Below, piece after piece: positions 17,917 through 26,066 of a stretch of DNA of 64,000 nucleotides. Where the stretch lies: contig JBNJDE010000001.1 of NCBI GenBank assembly GCA_051744605.1, positions 1,580-65,579 on the forward strand, given 5' to 3'. The first letter of the stretch is position 1. Every line of letters starts with the position of its first letter. A program made the position numbers and the translations under genes. This DNA is from Halobacteriota archaeon (GTDB lineage: Archaea; Halobacteriota; Halobacteria; Halobacteriales; Halobacteriaceae). Below the pieces are notes generated by a model. The model searched no databases. It was not told the origin of the DNA and saw nothing but the letters and a program-made list of their open reading frames with translations.

Positions 17917-17970
17917 GGGGTACGTAAAGGTTAGCTATACCCCTGACTAAATCCCTAATAGGATATTAGG
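17917..17970. promoter_or_regulatory. Promoter of the wHTH gene with two inverted repeats
   Basis: GGGGTA-N15-TACCCC (17917-17943) brackets a TATA-like TTTACG on the minus strand. CCTAATA-GGA-TATTAGG (17954-17970) is a perfect 7-bp IR. Confidence 0.5.
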
Positions 17971-18052
17971 ACGTTGTACAGACAATATCTGACGGTTTAC
18001 ACCTCGTCCGTCGAGCGGCCCGAAAAACACCCAGTGCGGGCTGTGCGGCCGA

Positions 18053-18580
18053 TTATCCGAGCAGGTATCGAAGCCAGGGACGGCGCTCGACGGCGGGATG
18101 GGACTCGAAGTACGCGTCGAGACCGACGATGCGGCCCGCGCCGAAGGTCCACAGGGCGAACAGGACGAAGATGTAGACGACGTGCTGGTCGACGAGGAAC
18201 GCGTTCCCGAGCGGGAGACTGGCCGCCCAGAGGAGACTCAGGATGGCCACCCCGATGGCCGCACTCAGCCGGACCGCCACACCGAAGATGAGCGCCGCGC
18301 CGACGACGATGAGTCCCCAGACGAACAGCGGGTCGAGGAGCCACGCGAGGGAGTCGGCGAGGTACGCGAAGACACCGGATAACGGGTTCGCCGGCGAGAC
18401 GGTACCGAAGAGGCCTGCCGTCGACCAGGTCGGGTTGGAGAGACGCCACATTCCCGCGTCGAAGAGGACCCAGCCGACGGCCAGGCGCATCGCGACCAGC
18501 GCGTATCCAGCCAGCAGCGGCGAATACGGCACCTGCGATTCGTAGCCGAGGATGTTCGTTCGGACGGTTTCTCGAGACAT
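18053..18580 (-). CDS. DoxX family membrane protein
   Basis: ATG at 18580; MRLAVGWVLFDAG, four TM helices, GAGRIVGLD DoxX signature. Confidence 0.8.
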   Translation of the reverse strand: MSRETVRTNILGYESQVPYSPLLAGYALVAMRLAVGWVLFDAGMWRLSNPTWSTAGLFGTVSPANPLSGVFAYLADSLAWLLDPLFVWGLIVVGAALIFGVAVRLSAAIGVAILSLLWAASLPLGNAFLVDQHVVYIFVLFALWTFGAGRIVGLDAYFESHPAVERRPWLRYLLG

Positions 18581-18673
18581 GGGCGGGGGTATGCTCTCGC
18601 GTACGAAATCACCCGCCTTGAACGGTCCACCCGGTTGTCGAAATCTGAGAACCACCGGGACGCCGCCTGCTGT

Positions 18674-18684
18674 GGGGGGGGGGG
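18674..18684. repeat. G11 homopolymer in divergent intergenic region
   Basis: 11 consecutive G between the DoxX and methyltransferase starts. Confidence 0.9.
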
Positions 18685-18757
18685 TATCGTTCGCCGCTGT
18701 CCCCGTGTACTTCCAGTACGGTTTTATTCCCGGCTGTGAGTATATGCTGACAGAGAC

Positions 18758-19468
18758 GTGAAGGGCCAGGAGTGGTATCAGGAAGACGAGGTGGCCGAGG
18801 CGTACGAGGAGAAGCGTTTCTCCCGGGGCGGCCGCCTCATCGACCGACGCGAGAAGCAGGCCGTCCTCGACGCGCTCGAACCGGTCGAGGATCGAACCGT
18901 CCTCGAGATCGCCTGTGGAACCGGCAGGTTCACCGTGATGTTGGCCGAGCGGGGGGCCGATATCGTCGGCCTGGACATCTCCGGACCGATGCTGCAACAG
19001 GGCCGGGAGAAGGCCAAGAATGCGGGCGTCATCGACCATCTCGAGTTCATGCGCGGCGATGCGGGCCGACTGCCGTTCCCCGACGACCACTTCGACGTGG
19101 TCTTCGCCATGCGATTTTTCCACCTGGCCGATACCCCGGCGGCGTTCCTGACCGAGATGGCTCGGGTCTCCAGGAACCAGGTGTTCTTCGACACCTTCAA
19201 CGCCTTCTCGACGCGGAGTGCCTACAACTGGATGCTTCCGATGGGCTCTCGCCTGTACGAAGACGACGAGGTCACCGAACTGATCGACGACGCCGGCCTG
19301 ACACTCGAGGATTCGGCACACGACTTCGTGTTGCCGTACGGGCTCTACCGGAAGATCCCGGACTGGCTGGCCGATCCGCTCCGCGAGGTGGATACCTCGG
19401 TGATGGACCGGGACGTCGGACAGCGGTTCGCGTCGGTCTCGTACTGGAATACGTCGATCGACGGGTGA
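18758..19468 (+). CDS. Class I SAM-dependent methyltransferase
   Basis: Motif I VLEIACGTGRF, VGLDIS, GDAGRLPFPDDHFDVV. Confidence 0.9.
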   Translation: MKGQEWYQEDEVAEAYEEKRFSRGGRLIDRREKQAVLDALEPVEDRTVLEIACGTGRFTVMLAERGADIVGLDISGPMLQQGREKAKNAGVIDHLEFMRGDAGRLPFPDDHFDVVFAMRFFHLADTPAAFLTEMARVSRNQVFFDTFNAFSTRSAYNWMLPMGSRLYEDDEVTELIDDAGLTLEDSAHDFVLPYGLYRKIPDWLADPLREVDTSVMDRDVGQRFASVSYWNTSIDG

Positions 19469-19516
19469 GGGACCCGACCCGAGCGGTTTTTACCGTCACG
19501 GTTGCTTGTCGCGACC

Positions 19517-20437
19517 ATGCACCTGTCCGTGGTGGTGCCCACACTCAACGCCCGTGATCGGCTCGCAGCGTCGCTCGACGCGCTGGCCGAACACGCCCCC
19601 GACGCCGAAATCGTCGTGGTCAACGGCCCGTCGTCTGACGGGACGTCGGGGATGGTGCGGGACCACCCGGCCCCCGACGCGCTGCTGGAACTCTCCGAGC
19701 GGAACCTCAATACTGCCCGGAATGCCGGTATCGCCGCCACTGCTGGTGACGTCGTCGCGTTCGTGAGCCAGGACTCGCAGATCGAATCGGGATGGGCCGA
19801 CACCGTGGCCGCCGCGATGGAGGCCGGGGCCGACGTCGTGACCGGCCCGGTCCACCGCCGTGTCAACGGTGGCGTCACGACCGAGTCTCCCGAGACACGT
19901 TCGATGGGGTCGCGCTCGGTCCAGTACTTCGACGGCGGCAACGTGGCGTTCACCCGTCCCACCATCGAGGTACTGGATGGCTTCGACCAGTACCTCCACA
20001 CCGGGGCCGCCCGTGACGCCGCCCATCGACTCGCCGGGATGGACGTCGCGGTGGAATGGGACGCCGAGATGGTCGTCATGCGGGCGGAGACCGACGACGT
20101 CCGCCATCGCATCGGCGAGGACGATATGTCGACGGTCCTCGGGCTGAAGTACCGATCGCTCGGGTATCGCCTCGGCAAGAACTACGGGTTGAGTGGGCCG
20201 TCCCTGGCGAGTGCGTTCCGCCATCCACTCGTCGAGGCGCTCGAGGAGGGGTGGAACGTCGTCCGCGGCGAGACCAAGCCCTCCCAGTGGCTCGCGTCCG
20301 GCCGATCGGTGCTGACGAACCTGGCGATGGGGGCCCAGGACGGTCTCGCGGCCCGGTTCGCGGATCGCTCACCGACACGGAATCCCAACGGCGTGTCGGC
20401 GCAATCGAACCGGCCCGTCGCGACCTACTCGCTTTGA
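19517..20437 (+). CDS. Glycosyltransferase family 2-like protein
   Basis: MHLSVVVPTLN, EIVVVNGPSSDGT, NLNTARNAGI. The DxD position reads FVSQDS. Confidence 0.8.
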   Translation: MHLSVVVPTLNARDRLAASLDALAEHAPDAEIVVVNGPSSDGTSGMVRDHPAPDALLELSERNLNTARNAGIAATAGDVVAFVSQDSQIESGWADTVAAAMEAGADVVTGPVHRRVNGGVTTESPETRSMGSRSVQYFDGGNVAFTRPTIEVLDGFDQYLHTGAARDAAHRLAGMDVAVEWDAEMVVMRAETDDVRHRIGEDDMSTVLGLKYRSLGYRLGKNYGLSGPSLASAFRHPLVEALEEGWNVVRGETKPSQWLASGRSVLTNLAMGAQDGLAARFADRSPTRNPNGVSAQSNRPVATYSL

Positions 20438-20489
20438 GGGCGACCAGCCCTGCGCTGACTGCGGCCAGAGTCGCTCTGCCGGCGACCGG

Positions 20490-21308
20490 TCACCCCTCTG
20501 GCCCGAGCCCCGGAATCACTCGTGTCGCGTTCTTCGAGAAGACCCGTTTCATCTGATCCTCCGGGACGTCCAGGGTCAGGATCTCCATGACGCCGACGTT
20601 CGGGTGCGTCGACGGCGACCCGCTCCCGAAGAGGACCCTGTCCGGGTGTTCCATGATGGCTTGCTCCAGGAGGTCCCGGTAGCGGACGATGCTCGTGTCG
20701 AGGTAGAGGCCGTCGTAGTCGTCGAGCAGTGAGATGGCCGCCGTCATCATCTCGCGGTCGAGCGGATAGCCGCCGAAGTGGCCCAGGATGACCGGGATCG
20801 GCCGCTGGAGGATGGTCGAGACGACCTCGCTCGGGGGAAACCGTTGGCCCCCGTGGACGACGATCGGGAGCCCTACGTCCTCCAGGACGTCGAGGACGTC
20901 CTCCGTCGGCAGTCCGTCGCGGGTCGGGTCGAGTTTGAACCCGTGGAACCGGTCGTCGTAGGCGTACTGCTCGATGTCCTCCGGCGACGTTTGCCATTCG
21001 TGGCGAGTCGCGGCCAGGTTCCGGATCGGTGCCGCGGCCGTCCCCACCTCGAAGGGACCGTCGATGCGCGCGAAGGCGATGAACGGACGTTCGACGGCCT
21101 GTCTCGCGACCGCGTTGTTGGCGCGGAGATAGCCCTGCTCGCCCTTCTGTGCCTCCGGAAAGACCACCGAACGGACGATGCCCGCCTGGTGGTTCTCCCG
21201 TTCGAGGTCCTCCGCGTCGATGGTCCGCCCCCGGATCGGCCGTCCGGGGCCGGCGTGGAGGCGCGCGTGGACGTCGACCACCCGGAATCCGTGCTCCAGC
21301 TCCAGCAT
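20490..21308 (-). CDS. Amidohydrolase_2-like TIM-barrel protein
   Basis: VVDVHARL, FHGFKLDP, PIVVHGG, ILGHFGG, YLDTS, RVLFGSG layout. ATG at 21308. Confidence 0.8.
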   Translation of the reverse strand: MLELEHGFRVVDVHARLHAGPGRPIRGRTIDAEDLERENHQAGIVRSVVFPEAQKGEQGYLRANNAVARQAVERPFIAFARIDGPFEVGTAAAPIRNLAATRHEWQTSPEDIEQYAYDDRFHGFKLDPTRDGLPTEDVLDVLEDVGLPIVVHGGQRFPPSEVVSTILQRPIPVILGHFGGYPLDREMMTAAISLLDDYDGLYLDTSIVRYRDLLEQAIMEHPDRVLFGSGSPSTHPNVGVMEILTLDVPEDQMKRVFSKNATRVIPGLGPEG

Positions 21309-21567
21309 TCGTCTGCCAGTGGCGTGGCCTGCTATATCGGTGTGACGGTCACCGGGCCGAAGAAGCGGCGGGGCAACCCGTGTCGTGAAGGGCCAACCGG
21401 TGTGGTGGAGTGGCACCGCGAGTCGTGGATGGCCGTATCGAGTCGTGGAGAGCCTTCGTCAGCGGCGGGCCGAGCGAACGAACCGTGGGCGGGCGGTCCG
21501 CGGTCGGCGAGTGTGGGCGGGCGCGGTTACGGACCGGGTCGTGGCTGGGAACGCAGGTGCTCGGGTA

Positions 21568-22794
21568 TTACTGTCCGGGCGGGCCATTACCGTTCCCCTG
21601 GCCGTTGTTGGACTTCTTCTCGTCGTCCCCGTCGTTACCGGCGTGGTCGGGCGGGCCGCGACGGTCCTCGTCGCTGGTTTCGTTCCCGTCGTCGGTCTCG
21701 GTGTCGTTCTGGGTCACGTGGTCCGGCGGGCCAGCACCGTTACCCTGGCCGGGGGTGGATTCGTTCTCGTCCGTCACGTGGGCTGGCGGACCGGTTTCCT
21801 TGTCCGCGGCCGGGTTGTTCTCGTGGACGAATGCGGAGATCTGCTGTCCGAGCGGCCCCTCGTGGTCGTTCTTGATCGCATCGATGAACGTCACCAGGGT
21901 CTGTCCGAAGTTGTCCGGGCGGTCGTCGGTCGTCGCGACCATCTCGACCGTCGTGTTCGCGGTCTCGTCGTCGTAATCGGCGACGACCGCCACCGTCACG
22001 TTCTCGTCGGGAGCGGGCAGCGACAGGGTCCCGTTGGTCGCCGTGTATCCACCGCCGTCGTAGGTGTAGTTGCCGTCGGTGGCTTCGACGCTGACGGTCG
22101 CCGTGTCGACGAATTCACCGTCGTCGGTCACTTCGACGGAGAGGCGACCGTCGTCACCCTGCCCGGCGGCGAGCTGCAGGCCGAGATCGGTCAGGGTGGC
22201 CTGCGTCTGTGCGGTCAGATTTTCACTCGTGGCGGTCACGGTGACGTCGACGGTCTCCTCGGGGGAGGGAATGTCGACGAGGCCGTGGTCGTTCGTCTCG
22301 TATTCGCCATCCGTGCCCGAGTAGGACGCGTTCTCGTCGTCGAGCGTGACGTTGACGGTGGCGTTCTCGACCGGGTCGTCGTACTGGGTGACGTTGACGG
22401 TCGGGTTCTGTGCCCCGTCTTGCTCGACGGCGACGTCGAGTGACTCGTTCAGCGGAACGAGCGTGACGGTCTCAGAGACGTTCGTTCCGTCGTACTCGGC
22501 GATCAACTCGACGTCGACGGTCTCCTCGGGATTGGGGAGGCGCACCTCGCCGTTCTCGTCAGTCTCGTAGGATTCGTTGGCGGAGTAGTTATCGTCGGGG
22601 TTCACCTGTACCGTCGCGTTCTCGACGGCGGAGTCGTTGTCAGTCACGGTGACGAGTGCCTCGCCGGTATCGGATTGCTGGTCGACGGCGATGGACAGCG
22701 ACTCCGGTGCTGCCATCGCTGCCGGAGCGGCCACGGCGGTGACCAACAGCAGGGCGGCGGCGATCGCCAGGGTTCGTGTTCGATTCGGTTCCAT
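21568..22794 (-). CDS. Secreted acidic glycoprotein with three ~85-aa beta repeats and a GPPxH-repeat tail
   Basis: Sec-type signal (…LLLVTAVAAPAAMA). Three units share V(E/D)(N/T)ATV.V and (L/I/S)P.P(E/D)E(T/N)V.V. Many N-x-S/T sequons. Confidence 0.8.
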   Translation of the reverse strand: MEPNRTRTLAIAAALLLVTAVAAPAAMAAPESLSIAVDQQSDTGEALVTVTDNDSAVENATVQVNPDDNYSANESYETDENGEVRLPNPEETVDVELIAEYDGTNVSETVTLVPLNESLDVAVEQDGAQNPTVNVTQYDDPVENATVNVTLDDENASYSGTDGEYETNDHGLVDIPSPEETVDVTVTATSENLTAQTQATLTDLGLQLAAGQGDDGRLSVEVTDDGEFVDTATVSVEATDGNYTYDGGGYTATNGTLSLPAPDENVTVAVVADYDDETANTTVEMVATTDDRPDNFGQTLVTFIDAIKNDHEGPLGQQISAFVHENNPAADKETGPPAHVTDENESTPGQGNGAGPPDHVTQNDTETDDGNETSDEDRRGPPDHAGNDGDDEKKSNNGQGNGNGPPGQ

Positions 22795-22980
22795 TGCGAG
22801 TCAGCCTATCCATCGGCTATCCATAAAGCGGCCAGACGCTGGCACCGCGTTCGCGCGTGTTCGGACGAATTTCGCACACTTAACCCGAGTTTATGGCCGT
22901 ATATCGGCTGGATACGCGGTGTCGTGGCGGCGGGGTCTGGATTCGCGTGGCCGGTCCTCGACCCCGCGGACGATCGCGAT

Positions 22981-23020
22981 GATAGCACCTGTCACGATAT
23001 CTATATATAGAACTGCTATC
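22981..23020 (+). promoter_or_regulatory. Thermosome gene promoter: TATA palindrome flanked by an inverted repeat
   Basis: GATAGCA (22981-87) and TGCTATC (23014-20) surround CTATATATAG (23001-10), which lies 25-34 nt upstream of ATG 23035. Confidence 0.55.
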
Positions 23021-23034
23021 CTCCTGTCGGTCGT

Positions 23035-24609
23035 ATGTCCCAAGCGCAACGAGGCATGGGCAGCCCCATCTTTATCCTCGGGGAAGACGCCCAGCGGACG
23101 ACCGGACGAGACGCACAGCAGTCGAACATCGCCGCCGGCAAGGCGGTCGCGGAGTCCGTCCGCACCACCCTGGGACCGCGGGGCATGGACAAGATGCTCG
23201 TCGACTCCTCGGGGACGGTGGTCATCACCAACGACGGGGCGACCATCCTCGCGGAGATGGACATCGAGCACCCGGCCGCGCAGATGCTGGTCGAGGTCGC
23301 GGAGACACAGGAGGACGCGGTCGGTGACGGCACGACGACGGCGTCGGTCCTCGCGGGCCAGTTACTCGTCCGCGCCGAGGAGTTGCTCTCTCAGGACGTG
23401 CATCCCACGACGGTCGCGGAGGGCTACGCACGCGCTCGCGACATCGCCCTCGAGGCGATCGACGACCTCGTCATCGACGGCGACGTCGACGACGAGACGC
23501 TCGAACGGGTCGCCCGGACGAGCATGACCGGCAAGGGAACTGGCCATCTCAGTGCCGAAGCCCTGGCCGAGTACGTCGTCCGCGCCATCCGCGCCGTCGA
23601 GGACGAGGAGGGCGTCAACCGCGACGACGTCCGCGTCCACACGCAGGTCGGCGCGTCCTCGGGCGCGACCGAACTCGTGGAGGGCGTGGTGGTCGACGGC
23701 GAGGCCATGCGCGATGAGATGTCCCGGCGCGTCGACGACGCGACGGTCGCCGTCCTCGACGCCAAGATCGAACCGCGCGAGACCAGCACGGACGTCGAGT
23801 ACAACATCACCGACGTCCGGCAACTCGACGAGGCCATCGCCGCCGAGGAAGCCGAACTCGGCGCGTACGCCGACGCACTGATCGAGGCCGGAATCGACGT
23901 CCTCGTCGCCACGAAGGACGTCGACGACCGGGTAGCCGCCCAACTCGCCAGGGCGGGCGTGGTCGCGTTCGAGGACGTCTCCTCGGCCGACGCTCGCGCC
24001 ATCGCCACGGCGACGGGGAGTTCGATGCTGGGCGACGTCCGCGACATCGATGCCGACGACCTCGGATTCGCCGAGTCCGTCCGGGTCGAGACCTACGGGG
24101 ACGACGACCTGATCTTCGTCGAGGGTGGCGCCGACGCGAAGAGCGTCACGCTGTTCGTCCGGGGTGGCACCGAACACGTCGTCGACGAACTCGAACGAGC
24201 CCTCGGTGACGCACTGGACGTGGCTACCGTGACGATCACCGACGGTGGTGTGGTCCCTGGTGCCGGCATGACCGAGATCCGTGTCGCCGATGCCGTCCGC
24301 GATGCCGCGGCTGGCGTCGAAGGGCGCGGTCAACTCGCCGTCGAGGCCTTCGCCGACGCGCTCGAGGTCATCCCGCGCACCCTCGCCGAGAACATGGGCA
24401 TGGACCCGATCGACGCGCTGGTCGACCTCCGCGCGGCGAACGAATCCGGGTCCGCCGGCGTCGTCTCGGCGGGCGAGACCGGTATCATCGCCGATCCGGT
24501 CGAACGTGGCATCGTCGACCCCGCGGCGGTCAAGCGCGAAGCCATCGAGTCCGCGACGGAGGCGGCGACGATGATCGTCCGCATCGACGACGTCATCGCC
24601 GCGGAGTGA
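23035..24609 (+). CDS. Group II chaperonin (thermosome) subunit, divergent third-subunit (Cct3) type
   Basis: [47 protein letters not shown]; lacks the GGM tail. Confidence 0.93.
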   Translation: MSQAQRGMGSPIFILGEDAQRTTGRDAQQSNIAAGKAVAESVRTTLGPRGMDKMLVDSSGTVVITNDGATILAEMDIEHPAAQMLVEVAETQEDAVGDGTTTASVLAGQLLVRAEELLSQDVHPTTVAEGYARARDIALEAIDDLVIDGDVDDETLERVARTSMTGKGTGHLSAEALAEYVVRAIRAVEDEEGVNRDDVRVHTQVGASSGATELVEGVVVDGEAMRDEMSRRVDDATVAVLDAKIEPRETSTDVEYNITDVRQLDEAIAAEEAELGAYADALIEAGIDVLVATKDVDDRVAAQLARAGVVAFEDVSSADARAIATATGSSMLGDVRDIDADDLGFAESVRVETYGDDDLIFVEGGADAKSVTLFVRGGTEHVVDELERALGDALDVATVTITDGGVVPGAGMTEIRVADAVRDAAAGVEGRGQLAVEAFADALEVIPRTLAENMGMDPIDALVDLRAANESGSAGVVSAGETGIIADPVERGIVDPAAVKREAIESATEAATMIVRIDDVIAAE

Positions 24610-24615
24610 CCGGCG

Positions 24616-25377
24616 TCAGGAACGGTCCAGTACGACCGGATCGCCAACCGCGACCCGAAACGCATCGTCGCCACGCCCCTGGTTGGCGGCGAGTTCGACG
24701 TTCTCGTGGCTGCCGACCGTGACGAGCCGTTGCCCCGGCTCGACCGTGGCGTACGTGCGACGGACCGGGGCTCGCTCGCCGTTCACCCGTATCTCTCGAC
24801 CGAACCAGTCGTCGAGCGCGTCACCAGGAACGTTCGTGATGGCGTTTCCGAAGTCATCGACCACGAGGACCTCCCCGTGGACGGTTCCTTCTCGACAGTC
24901 CGGCTCGGGGAAGTTGACCGACTCGTACTCGGTGGTGGCGGAGAATCGGTCGTCCGACCGCAACAGGACGGTTCCTTCCTCGTGTATCTCCGCGGCGAGC
25001 GGTGCGAAGACGTCTCTCCCGTGGAACGTTGAGCTTTCGGGCATGCGGTGGTCGACCGCGTAGACCTGGACGTCGCCCGGAGCGATTCGTCGCGCCGCCG
25101 GGAGCAAGAGCCCGTTGTCCGGGCCGACGAGCACGTGGTCGCCAGCGCTGACCGCCAGGACGGCCCGTTCGGTGCCGACTCCCGGATCGATCACGGCGAG
25201 GTGGACGGCGGGTGGGAATTCCGGCAACACCTCGCGGAGCCAGAAGGCTGCTGCCCGAACGTCCTGGCGGGGCAGGTCGTGGGCCACGTCGACGAGCTGG
25301 GCGTCGGTTCGTCGGAGGATCGCCCCCTTCATCGCGGCGGGGTAGGGTGACCCGAAGTCCGAGGCGATGGTGAGCAT
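24616..25377 (-). CDS. SAM hydroxide adenosyltransferase / SAM-dependent halogenase family (DUF62)
   Basis: TIASDFG, HLAVIDPGVGTER, GPDNGLL, STFHGRDVFAP, VDDFGNAITN, ELAANQG. ATG at 25377. Confidence 0.9.
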   Translation of the reverse strand: MLTIASDFGSPYPAAMKGAILRRTDAQLVDVAHDLPRQDVRAAAFWLREVLPEFPPAVHLAVIDPGVGTERAVLAVSAGDHVLVGPDNGLLLPAARRIAPGDVQVYAVDHRMPESSTFHGRDVFAPLAAEIHEEGTVLLRSDDRFSATTEYESVNFPEPDCREGTVHGEVLVVDDFGNAITNVPGDALDDWFGREIRVNGERAPVRRTYATVEPGQRLVTVGSHENVELAANQGRGDDAFRVAVGDPVVLDRS

Positions 25378-25379
25378 GG

Positions 25380-25907
25380 TCACTCCAGCGGGACGTTGTC
25401 GGTGTCGCCGACGCGCTGGATGCGCTCGATCCCGTCGATCTCCTCGATGGTGTCGACGACCGGTTGGGGCAACAACGAACGCCACCCCTCGTCCGCGGCC
25501 ATCTTCTTTCGGATCTTCGAGCCCTTGAGGACGTCGCGATCGAACATAGGCGACTGGCGAACGGTCGTCCCGGACTCCTCGAATAGCTGGATGACGAGGG
25601 GGTTGTTCGAGTAGGCCACCTCGAAGCGCGGACTCATGCTCTCGAGGTGGCTCACCCACACCGAGTTGCGATTGATGTCCTCGATGGGGACGACGTAGGT
25701 CACGACGTCGTCGTCGATGTCCGCGACGGACTTCGTGATCATCATGATCCGCTCGCCCGCGGTGAACGGGTCGCGCTGGGTGTGGCTCCGGTCGGCGCTC
25801 CCGATGGCGATGATCAGTTCGTCCACCTCGGTGACGATGTCCTCGACGACCTGCTGGTGGCCGTCGTGGTATGGCTGGAACCGTCCGATGTAGAGGCCGC
25901 GGGTCAT
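25380..25907 (-). CDS. nadM: Nicotinamide-nucleotide adenylyltransferase
   Basis: GRFQPYHDGH (HxGH), GSADRSH, PFTAGER. Confidence 0.93.
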   Translation of the reverse strand: MTRGLYIGRFQPYHDGHQQVVEDIVTEVDELIIAIGSADRSHTQRDPFTAGERIMMITKSVADIDDDVVTYVVPIEDINRNSVWVSHLESMSPRFEVAYSNNPLVIQLFEESGTTVRQSPMFDRDVLKGSKIRKKMAADEGWRSLLPQPVVDTIEEIDGIERIQRVGDTDNVPLE

Positions 25908-26066
25908 CCTTTGCCGTCCGTACCGCGGGTGGCATTACTAAGGTTGGTATTTCGGGTTCGGCCAGCGGTTCCGCCGAAATCGGCAGGTGTCGTAGGGGTG
26001 AGGTGGGCCGCAGGGAGAAAGTATATCAATCTACCCGCCGTTTTTTCGAACCGACGAAACACTTCT

